Origin: Lama glama
Taxonomy: Eukaryota
NCBI GenBank assembly: GCA_028534125.1
Contig: CM052817.1
Location: 74,154,001-74,218,000, forward strand
Length of the DNA: 64,000 bases
Direction of reading: 5' to 3'
In this document: positions 12,238-23,283 of the stretch, piece by piece
Layout of the letters: each line of letters starts with the position of its first letter
Position numbering within the stretch: position 1 is the first letter of the stretch
Notes under the pieces: model-generated
What the model was told of the DNA's origin: nothing
Database searches by the model: none
Seen by the model: the letters and a program-made list of their open reading frames with translations, nothing else
Made by a program: the position numbers and the translations under genes

Positions 12238-13549
12238 TCTTAAAACAATGATTCTCTGGCTTTCGGGTCGGGGTCGGGGCGGGGTGTCCTTTCTTCTCTT
12301 GCCCATATTGTGAACATATTCTTAGAAAATGACTGGGAGATATAATTTAATTTTGAAAGGCAGATTTATAAAGGAATATCAAAAGAAAAGGTCACCAGAA
12401 TAATCTACACATATGAGAATGACATTTGAAAACCATGTCTTACCTGAGTTTTTCTCCTGGAAATTTCCTAACAAACTTTAGTGCATAATTGGAACGATCA
12501 GCTTTTAAATGAGAAAATGTTTGGGGGATGGCAAGTGACTGAAGAAAAAATATGATCTTGAGCACAATAACTTCATTATACCACAAATAAAAGTGAATCT
12601 GTTCATAAAACCTAGTCTTGGTACTTATATAAGAGTAAAAACTGATGTAAGTCTACCTAAAATCAATACATTTAACCTATTATTGCTAAAAATGAAAAAA
12701 GCCAATATTGTTTTTTGTACATTTCCAAATATTTTGTCCCCAAATGTAACTGCCTTTTATTCATCTACAAAATTCCAGCTATTTTATATAAAAATTTTGT
12801 TAAAATACATTGAGAATAAAAATAATCTAAAAAAATTATTGTTACAGCTCTTTTTAGAAAAACTCTTCTTGCTCTTTACAAGTAGTCATCATCTGTCTTT
12901 GGTCCTCTTCATAATCCTCATACTGCTAGGTGTGTTTACCCACTCTCACTACCCTCTACATGTAAATGTCTCCAAAATACATATTCATATTCTCTAGAGC
13001 TCTATGTAGTGTCCCACGTGTAAGATAGGATATAACCGAATTAAAGTAATTTAAGTACTGAGACAATAAAGGATACATGTTTGGCTAAGGTATGAGGAAC
13101 CAGTGAGAAGTAAGCCTTACTCTGGTGGAGAAAGCATGGGAGAAAGAACACTCTAGAAATGCTAAACCACTATTAGGTGACAGAGTTGGCACAGTGACTA
13201 TTTTGTTTGTTCAAAAGACACTTTGAGAACAAATCTGACTATCTTGTCTTCCTCCATAAAACCCAGGACCCAAAATCAAGAGTCTAGCTACATTCAAGTA
13301 TTGGTCTAGGAGGGACAATCATAATCACTGCCAACCACTTCCATCTTGAAGAGAAATGCCCAAATGGTGAGAGGAGCGCGATTCTGGGCAAAAAGCAAAT
13401 GACTGGCATTTTAGGTGATGTTGTTTGATGTTTCTATTTTCTATTTTTTGTCCAAGATCTCCCAAAATAGGTATTTTCCAGCCTTTAAAAAAAAAATCAC
13501 ATGTTCTCAAATCAACTAAATTTCTAATTTCTCCCAACTTTTTTCTCCT

Positions 13550-14360
13550 ACTTTGTTCCCTATTCTTAAAGGGGTCAACATCTCTCTAGTCACCCAAACC
13601 AGACACCTCAGAGAAACCTCCCTCTACCCCATTCACTACAATATAACTGCTGCCCAAGAGCTTCTGACTCCACAGTATCTCTGGTATTTCTGACCTTCTT
13701 GCCCTCTCTGCTCCCATTACTGTGGTTTAGGAACTTACCATGTCTTAATCATAAATTAATTCAAAAAACTGTAAAGTGCTCATTTCAACATCAGTTTCTC
13801 CTGACTCTAAACAATTATGCTTATTATTACCAAATATATCTCACAGAGAAACTCATGTAAGCATGTGTGTCAACTAAATATATCTTCAGTAACTCCCTAC
13901 TTTCTACAGCTTAGAGATCAAGTTCCTTGATAAAGAAAATCAAAACTCTCACTATTGTCCTAACCAAACTTTATGGCCAACACACAAATTATACCCCAAA
14001 CATTCCAGATTTTCTGTCATTCTTCAAGTGTGACAAGGACGTTAACATCTGATCTTTTATTTTGACATTCTGTCTTTCTATAATGCTATTAAGTCCAATT
14101 TCTACTTCTGTATGGCAAAATTCTGTTCAACATCCAATGTATTTCAGTAAAGTCTTAGCTTATTCCCTAGTGCTTTCACAGTACTCAGTAACAGCTTCAT
14201 TATATTATACAACCACATTGTATTTTAATTGCACACATCACGATCTGCCCTCCTAAACTATAAACTCTTTGTGGTCAAAGACTATGCCTCATTCATCTTT
14301 CTAGTCTTTCAGTATTTTAACTGTAACAGGCTTAGCACTATTCAACTAAATCAATGCTTA
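13550..14360 (+). mobile_element. Diverged L2 fragment
   Basis: CTAGTCACCCAAACCAGACACCT...CTAAACTATAAACTCTTTGTGGTCAAAGACTATG. Confidence 0.5.
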
Positions 14361-14494
14361 ATACTAATCACTGGAAATAACAAACTATATATACTTTATT
14401 TCACTCATTGTTTCATTTTATCTTTATTCAGACTGGTATAATAATTCTTTAATTCTAAAATCAAATGTTGATACAAAAATTTGTGAGAAAGAAG

Positions 14495-14505
14495 CAAGAT
14501 GGCGG
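14495..14505 (+). promoter_or_regulatory. YY1-type site at the 5' end of the L1 internal promoter
   Basis: CAAGATGGCGG lies 10 nt inside the element. This matches the YY1 core AAGATGGCG known from mammalian L1 5' ends. Confidence 0.75.
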
Positions 14506-15709
14506 AGTAGAAGGATGCTTGTAGCTCACCCTCTGCCACAAATACACCAAAACTCACATCTACGGACCTACTCAGCCAACCAGAGCACCTGCCAAACTCT
14601 GACAGAACATCACCCTCTTTGAAAGACAAAGATGCCAAAAATCTGGTAGGAGAAAAGGAAAAAAGAAATAAGAAAACGCAAAACAGTGCAGGACCAATCC
14701 CCGCAGGGAGGGAGCAGCAAAGGAGGACTGGCACTCGTTCGCTGGGTCTCCCCCCTCCAATAGAGAGGCCAGCAGGACAGAGGGGGAGCCTCTGAGGCTC
14801 AGATCTGCCCCGAGCACCCCTTGACCGACAGAACTGAGTTAAACGGGCACAAAGGGTCCCCACGATACCCAGCCCGAGATGCGAGCCGGCAGCTGGGGGC
14901 CAGGACAGGCTGCCCGAGCCGGGCAGAGGACTGGGGCAGCTGCACTGAGGCAGCCCCGGGGGACTGCTGGGGGCTGCGCACCATGGCTGGGAGGGGATAC
15001 GGAGCAGAACAACCTCGGTCCCCCACAAATTGTGAAAAAAGCAAAGCAACACGGCTGGTGTGCCCTGGGGGGAGGGACACCGTAGCTTTTGTCTCCTCAG
15101 ACCCGCAGCACCATTACTGGTGCATCTTGCAAGAAGAGAGGTGGGGCGCAGCCATAGCCCCATCTCCTCCTGTGTGCAGCACCTGGATGGGAGTGGGGTC
15201 GAGCCCTTAATCCACACCCGGGGGCTCTGCAACCTCCTAGGCAGGACAGAGACTTGTTTACAGCCCATGGTAGATAGGATCTTTCTGCCCTGGCACCTCA
15301 GAGAACTCACGCCGCCAAGACAAACAAGGAGGTGAGATTTGGCATGGAGCAGGGGCGGGACCATTCTACAGTCTTCCCAGAGCCCACCTTCGAAGCGTCA
15401 ATCCGAGGTGGACCAGGCAGTGGAACAGAGCAGCAGAGCAACCGACACTGGGAGAGGGTGGGTGGCTACCCCCGTTCCTGGCAGGAACGCAGCACCTGAC
15501 CACAGTGCTGGGAGGGGGCACGATCTGCTACCTGACAGCCACTGAGAGCAGCACAGATGAGGGCGCCAACAGAGGGCCTCTGGAAACAGCAAGCTGAGTT
15601 TGCAAAACAGGGCAAAGACACAAAGACCTCTCGATAAAATCATTAAGAGCACACCATCTCCAGGAGAACTAGATAACTGATACTCCTTAAGCCACAGTGC
15701 CAGAGAGAT

Positions 15710-16612
15710 ATGAGCAATATGAAGAAGCAGAGGAACCACTCCCAATTAAAAGAGCAAGAGAAATCCCCTGAAAGCATGATCAAGGAAATAGACACTGATG
15801 GCCTATTAGATCAAGATTTCAAAAAAGGAGTGATCAAAGTACTGAAGGAACTAAAAGAAATAGTGTTTTGAGATATAAAATATGTGAAAAATGAAATAGA
15901 AGCTATAAAGAACAACCAAGTAGAAATAGTAAACTCATTTGCTGAGATGAGAGCTGACCTAAAGGCTGTACAAAGCAGGCTAGATAATGCAGAGGAACAA
16001 ATAAGTGACCTAGAAGACAGGACAACAGAAAGCACCCAATCAGAACAGCTGAGAGAAAAACAAATAATAAACAATGAAAACAATATAAAGGACCTATGGG
16101 ATAATATAAAGCATGCCAATCTACGCATAATAGGGGTTCCAGAAGGGAAAGAAAGAACAAAGGGGATTGAAAAGGTATTTGAAGAAATCATGACTGAAAA
16201 CTTCCCAAACCTAAAGGAAGAATCAGATATTCAAGTACAGGAGGCTCAGAGGGTCCCAAAGAGGAAGAACCCACACAGACCCACACCAAGGCATATCATA
16301 ATCAAGATGGCCAGAGTCAAGGATAAAGAAATGATCCTTAAGGCAGCAAGAGAAAAACAAAGAATGAGTTACAAGGGAACCCTCATAAAGCTCTCAGCTG
16401 ATTTCTCTACACAAACACTACAGGCCAGAAGGGAGTGGCCAGATATATTCAAAGTCCTGAATGAAAAAAAGATGCAGCCTAGGATACTCTATCCAGCAAG
16501 GCTATCCTTTAGAATAGAAGGAGAGAGAAAGAACTTTACAGACAAGCAAAAACTCAGAGAGTTTAGCAACATTAAACCCATCCTAAAAGAAATACTAACA
16601 GGTCTACTCTAA
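15710..16612 (+). pseudogene. L1 ORF1p (300 codons) with a single in-frame premature TGA at 15869-15871
   Basis: ATG at 15710 is in frame with the 242-aa track ORF (15884-16612). It shows coiled-coil heptads, the RRM-start motif LWDNIKHANLRIIGVPEG, and C-terminal motifs ARREW and YPARLSF typical of L1 ORF1p. Confidence 0.92.
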
Positions 16613-17123
16613 ATGGAAAAGAAGCAGGATGCTACAAAAAAGAGAAACTCATAACTGGAAAGGAGATAACTGCCATGAATTACAGAAAGAATAAACACAA
16701 AATTGTAAAAGAGGACATCTAAATCATTAAGAGTGGGAGAGGGAAGCAAGGAAAGCTACTGTGGAAAACAGTATGGAGATTCCTCAAAAGACCAGGAATA
16801 GACTTACCATAGGACCCAGGAATCCTGCTCCTGGGCACATATCCAGAAGGAACCCTTCTTCAAAATGACACCTGCACCCCAATGTTCATAGCAGCACTAT
16901 TTACAATAGCCAAGACAAGGAAGCAGCCTAGATGTCCATCAACAGATGACTGAGTAAAGAAGTGGTGGTATATTTATACGATGAAATACTATTCAGCCAC
17001 AAAAACTGACAACATAACGCCATTTGCAGCAACATAGATGTTCCTGGAGAATGTCATTCTAAGTGAAGTAAGCCAGAAAGAGGAAGAAAAATATCATATG
17101 AGATTGCTTATATGAGGAATCTA

Positions 17124-17151
17124 AAATAAATAAATAAATAAATAAATAAAT
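17124..17151 (+). repeat. (AAAT)7 microsatellite inside L1 3' region
   Basis: Direct read of the sequence. Confidence 0.95.
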
Positions 17152-18867
17152 ACAAAACAGAAACAGACTCATAGACATAGGATACAAACTTGTGGTTGCC
17201 AAGGGGGCGGGGGATGGGAAGGGACAGACTGGGATTTTAAAATGCAGAATAGATAAACAAGATTATACTGTATAGCACAGGGAAAAATATACAAGATCTT
17301 GTGGTAGCTCATAGCAAAAAAAAATGTGACAATGAATATATATATGTTCATATATGACTGAAAAACTGTGCTCTACTCTAGAATTTGACACAACATTGTA
17401 AAATAACTATTACTCAATAAAAAATGTAAAAATAAATAACAAAAACAATTTGTAATGATTATTTAAGAAATTAGAAGGAAATGACAGATGGAAAGAAATA
17501 AAATCGCTATTTTTTATAATATTTTAAAATTTTTTTGAGAAATATCTTCAGAGCTAATCAAAATGTAAAAAACTATTTCACCACTTCAATTTTTAAAGTT
17601 AAGAGCTTTGCTCCTAAAAAATAGATTAACCAAACATTCTTTGGGGTTCTTCTGTTTGTTTGCTTTTACAAATAATCTAACCCAAATTCATCTGAACATG
17701 CAAACCACTGATATTCAAGGGGCTCAATTATGAATATCTTTACAAGGGAACTGTTTACATAATTTAAGATTCAAATTGAATATTCATGAGTAAAATTATT
17801 CATTTCTGAACAGAATGAACGAAATACAAAACTTCCTATACATCAAAACAATGGACTTACAAAAATTATCACCATCTTCCTTGGACATAAGCTTTGTAGG
17901 CTACAGAAATTTTTCTTCTTAGTCTAAGCCATTGGTTAAAACACTTACACAATATATCCATTATTGAAAATTGAAAGTAATCTTTGAACAATGAACTACT
18001 GAACTTCAATAATATGAAGAAAATCTTCTCATTTAATATTTCTGTCATTTCACAGAAAACATTATGACCACTGAAATACAAAATGCTAAAAAATATTTTA
18101 AGAGAAGAATTCAAGTTATATCACTGTATGTATGTATTTCCTTTCCTTCAACACAGTCCATTAGCCTTTTAAACTAAATAATCAACAAAATTAATATATC
18201 AAACAATAGTCTGACAAAATCATCTCTCCATGGCAAGTTCATCAGATCCAGGATTGTTTTTATTAAGCAAATGCACTATAGATCAAATTAAAAGAGCAAA
18301 CACTTCTACCTTTGGGACATTTGTAAAGAAAACAAATTCCTGGTTTCAAATATATAAATAATAGGAACATAGAGCTACTATTTCTAAAGTGACAACTTTT
18401 CTACCAAACTAAACCACAGCAAGCATTATAAAAGGCTAGAAATAAATGCTATAATTAAACTTTAAATTGCACTTTCAATAGTTATTTCAAAACTCTTAAC
18501 TGTACTCCTGTACGTACTCTGTGAGCAACAATGGTCGTTTTAAAAACATTTGCCCACCTGAGGGTTCATATGATAGTAGAATTCACATTCCGTAAGTATT
18601 CTGTCCTGATTCTTTTTCTGCAGTTTAAAGAATAGTTTATAAAGTTTGTTTTGTCATATTACACATCACATTAATTGCTGTTGTTGGTTTGTTTCCTTAA
18701 TCTTCATTGTTTTCTGACAAATATTTCATTCATTTTCTTTATCAGTAAGAGAAGAGAGTAAAAGACTGTCTTGCCTAGCAAGTAAATAATTAATTCAGGG
18801 TCAGATATGACCACTTAGTGAAAAATCTTTTAAGATACTAAAAATCATTATTATTAAAATAGAATTA

Positions 18868-19454
18868 CATGCACCCCAATGTTCATAGCAGCACTGTATG
18901 CAATAGCCAAGACATGGAAACAACCCAAATGTACACTGACAGAGGACTGGATAAAGAAGTAACATATACATATACGATGGAATACTACTCAGACATAAGA
19001 AAGAATAAAATAATGCCATTTGCAGTAAGATGGATGGACCTGGAGATCGTCATTCTAAGTGAAGTAAACCAAAGAGAGAAAGAAAAATACCATATGATAT
19101 CACTCATGTGGAATCTAAGAAAAGAAAAAAGAAGACACTAATGGACTCATCTGCAAAACAGAAACATACTCACAGACACAGTAAACAATCTTATGGTTAC
19201 CAGTGGGAAAGAGGGTAGGAAGGGATAAATTTGAGAGCTTGAGATTTGCAAATATTAACTACTGTATATAAAAATAGATTTAAAAAAAAAATTTCTTTTG
19301 TATAGCACAGGGAACTATATTCAGTATCTTGTAATAACCGTTAATGAAAGAGTATGACAATGAATACATGTATGTATATGTATGACTGGGACATTGTGCT
19401 GTACACCAGAGACTGATACATTGTAACTATACTCCAATAAAAAAAATCATTAAA
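18868..19454 (+). mobile_element. 5'-truncated L1 (ORF2 C-terminus + 3'UTR)
   Basis: Homologous to 16870-17420 and 37705-38270. TSD AAAA(T/C)AGAATTA at 18856-18867 and 19455-19466. Insertion at a TT/AAAA endonuclease consensus. Confidence 0.92.
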
Positions 19455-19681
19455 AAAACAGAATTAGTTCTATAGTATCTGTATTTGCTATCAGTGTTTC
19501 AATAATCTCATGCTGATATTAACCCTCCGCAGTAAAGACTAAAGATAAATAGTAAAATTATGTAATACCTCTAGGAAAGGATCTCAGTCTACTGTTATTT
19601 TAACCAATCTTGATAAAATTTTTAGATTATTTTCTCTACTTACTAAACAGTGCGAGTAATCCAGTTACACAGTAACTGGAG

Positions 19682-19910
19682 GCAATAGAGTGTACACTGA
19701 AGAGCATGGACTGATCCTAGAAAGTGCAGGTCCCAGCTCAACCACTTACTAGCTGTTTGACTTGGGTTCATTGTGTAATCTCTTTGGGCTTTAGATACGT
19801 GGTCTGTAAAATGCAGATAAGAACTGCATTTGTTTGTATTGAGGATTCAAAGACTGTATGCGTGGGAAGCACTCAGTCCACTGCCTGATAACACAGTAAC
19901 AGTCTTGTTA
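19682..19910 (+). mobile_element. MIR SINE
   Basis: AAGAGCATGGACT...CCCAGCTCAACCACTTACTAGCTG...TCTGTAAAATG. Confidence 0.7.
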
Positions 19911-21341
19911 TTAATTCTAGTGGCAAAATTCACTGGAATTCCAACCTAATTTTTCTTCTTTTATGTAGCCCATTTTCAAATCTTAACACAATAGTTTACT
20001 ACATGTAAATGTATTATTATCAAAGCTAACAGTACTAACGAAAAGAGCAATGATTTTTAAGCAACTTAAAAGATTCCTGAGCTCTTTTCACAGCTTCCTG
20101 GCTACATGAGCTGTTCTTGCGCATGGTGAGATCAGGGAGTGGGGAGGACATTCCGTATAACTCAAGCCCTAATAAAGAAAGCAAGCAAAGAAAGAAAAAG
20201 GTGCTAGTAATGTTTAGAATTATTTTCCTTTCAAGTTTTAGTTAAGGGCTTACTCCTGAGGCCAAGAAACTATTATAAACTTTAAATACTCTGTTAGAGA
20301 ATTCCACCCTGAAACTAGGGAAGACAGAACAAAATGGAAACCAAATAGGTTTAGCATAAAAATCAGGCGATACACTCAAGTCAACATTATGCATTATCCA
20401 GTAAGTCTGAAATACAAACTGTCCTTTGTTATAGGATCATTTTTCTCTATTAATTTCACGTAAAATCCACCTACTTATAATGTAACTCAGAAACTGACTT
20501 TTTCATTTGATATGAAAAAAAAATTTATAAAGGAACCAATAACAAATGTACTCAAATCCAAACTCACCAATTAAAAGAGAATTTAAAATATTATCTTGAA
20601 CTTACAGTTTTTACACCCATATTTTATCTTTCTACTAAATAAGTTGTTTACTTAAAAAGATTATGAATTTAACATTCCACCAAGAATTGTAAAGGGTACA
20701 TGACTGGCACCATATTAAACAAACAAAAGGAAAAAGAAAAAGCTAGAATAGATGACTATTTTTGAAAATATTTACTTGTTGGGAGAAAAGAAATCTGTGA
20801 TATTTTCTCACATTTGTTAGAAAAGGATAATCAATTCTGCAGACAGTAAGATATTCTAAGAAGCAATTTAGCCTTCACACCAAATAATCAACAAAAAGAG
20901 GTGAGATTTAATTAAAATGTGAACATAAAACAAGAATACTTTGCTATTTACTACTGAATAGTGCTAAATTACCTTTTATTTGTTGCAGAATCACTGGGGA
21001 AAATTGTTTAACAAATGTTACATATTCCTGTGTAATTAAAAATTATTATGAATATTGGGTAAAACTGTCAGTAATGGAAAAGGTCATAGAGAAAAACTGT
21101 TTAAGCATCATTCTTGAAATGCTGAATTTCTCACAACACTGAAAAAGACTTTTGTCTGTCATTCATAAAAACATTAACTTTGTTTTCTCAGGACATCAAT
21201 TAACATTTACTTACACTAGCTGTTCTTTCCCATGTGACTCTTTCTTTCAAAGGGTTCAAAACTGAAATCTTGTAGCAACAGCCATTTAAGGCAATTTAAT
21301 CATTTGATAACTACTGGGAATATTTAAGATTAACATCTCTG

Positions 21342-21639
21342 GGGGGGGCGGGGTAGAGGGTGGGAAGGGATAGACTGGGATTTCAAAACTGTAGAACAGA
21401 TAAACAAGATTACACTGTATAGCACAGGGAAATATACACAAAATGTTATGATAAATCACAGAGAAAAAAATGTGACAATGAGTGTGTATATGTCCATGTA
21501 TGACTGAAAAATTGTACTGAACACTGGAATTTGACACAANNNNNNNNNNNNNNNNNNNNNNNNNNNNNNNNNNNNNNNNNNNNNNNNNNNNNNNNNNNNN
21601 NNNNNNNNNNNNNNNNNNNNNNNNNNNNNNNNNNNNNNN
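21342..21639 (+). mobile_element. 5'-truncated young L1 3'UTR running into the assembly gap
   Basis: Closely similar to 17200-17390. TSD GATTAACAT(C/T)TCTG at 21328-21341 and 21640-21653. Confidence 0.9.
21540..21639. other. Assembly gap (100 N)
   Basis: Run of exactly 100 N, a typical unknown-size placeholder. Confidence 0.99.
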
Positions 21640-22957
21640 GATTAACATTTCTGAGTTTTAGCTCATACAATGTGATTGGATTGGTTCCTTCTAAATTCTA
21701 GGAACCTGTAAGAGGACTGCATGCAGAGTGTAACAAAAAGGTAAAATTTTGTTAAAAACAAAAGAAAAAACAAAAATGACTGTGAATTTTGTCTCATGAA
21801 AAATAGAGGGATGACATTTGATTCAAGAAATTTCTGCAAAGACCAGGGAGGTCTAAAACTGAGCTTCAGGAACAGTTCTCAGAGCTTTCTGACATGCTGT
21901 TCCCAGGTTATAATCCTCAAGTTTGGCTTGAGTAAAATTTTCCATTTCTTAAAAAATAAAATAAAATTGAGGTTCAAAGATTACTTCTACAGTATGACAC
22001 CTGCCTCCAAGATCAGGTAAAAGAAGAGACCGTACATGTAAAATGAGGTAATAAGCAGGTTGTGCATTTTTCATCTCTTTGGAGGTCTGTATGGGACTTG
22101 GTTGGGCATATTACTTCTCTACTGACACTTCCAATCTCTAGCTGTAGAATCTATGTTGGGCTTAGATAATTCCCAAGGGCTCTTCCAGTTTTATATTTTA
22201 GGAAAAGGAAATTATATAAATCCATATGCCATAAATTATCACTCACAGGCATGGGAAAACTGCTTATATAGAAAGTAAAGCCTTTACATATATTCTTCAC
22301 TCTCAACCTGTCAGTGTATGTAATTTCATGTATTATATATACATGTCAAACTATAAAACTTGTTCAATCGGAGCATTTTTCTGAAAGATAATGGTTCCAC
22401 ATTAGGGTTAATATATAATGTATTACTTATGCTCTCTAAAGCTTACAAAGTTTTCTTTTCTGGTATTAGTATTAGTAGTTTTTAACTTAATGTTTATCCT
22501 ATATGAGGGAAGGACTGATTTGAATCAAAAACAACTTCAAAATAAAATTCTCCTCGAAAGGGAGCATGAATACCAATGTCTTTTCAATCTTGCTGTTGCA
22601 AGTCAAGTTCCCGAAACATCAGTACCTCATTATATAGAAGGTATGAAGAATTTAGGTTTGGCAGTGTCATTGAAGAATTGTAACTTTGGATCAATCACAG
22701 AGATTTGGAAAAGTTTAGTTTCTTTAATTACTAACACAAAAAAGTTAAGAGTTTGTAGTAAATAATCTACGAAATCTCTTGTCTTGCAATATTATGATTC
22801 TGATTATACATATTATATACAATACTACATATAGACAGTATATATCATATATATATAATACATAACAGTTTCTAAAATATATTTTCCCACTACCGAGTAT
22901 ATATCTCTCAGGAAGAAAGCACTAAACATTAAGAACTTTGACTAATTAAGTGTAAAA

Positions 22958-23283
22958 TATCACTTATATGTAGAAATCTAAAAAATGAAACAAACTAGTG
23001 AATATAACAAGACAGAAACAGACTCACAAATACAGAGAACAAACTAGTGGTTACCAATGGGAAGTTGGGAGGAGGAGGAAGCATGACGGGGTAGCAGATT
23101 AAGAGGAACAAACTACCACAAATAAAATAAATAAGCTGCAAGGATATATTGTAAAACACAGGAAATATAGCCAATATTTTATAATAATTACAAATGGAGT
23201 ATAACCTTCAAATAGTAAGTCACTATGTTGTACACTTCAAAGTTATATAATATTGTAAATCAACTATGATTTAAAAATAAATA
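22958..23283 (+). mobile_element. Older 5'-truncated L1 3'UTR fragment
   Basis: TATCACTTATATGTAGAAATCTAAAAAATGAAACAAAC...GAGAACAAACTAGTGGTTACC...A-rich end. This parallels the other L1 3' ends in the window but is more diverged. Confidence 0.85.

Larger units (their letters stand above)
14485..17446 (+). mobile_element. LINE-1, 5'-complete but internally deleted (5'UTR + ORF1 + spacer + ORF2 C-terminal remnant + 3'UTR/A-tail), ~2.96 kb
   Basis: Starts GAGAAAGAAGCAAGATGGCGG, followed by a CpG-rich UTR and ORF1p homology. The ORF2 tail begins at 16756 ([14 protein letters not shown] sequence). The 3'UTR has AATAAA and an A-rich tail. TSD core AATTTGT at 14478-14484 and 17447-17453. Confidence 0.93.

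Noticed and set aside
12593..12997. 134-aa hydrophobic ORF
   Set aside because: Composition (L/I/K/F) reflects AT-rich intron, with a GTG start and no recognisable domain.
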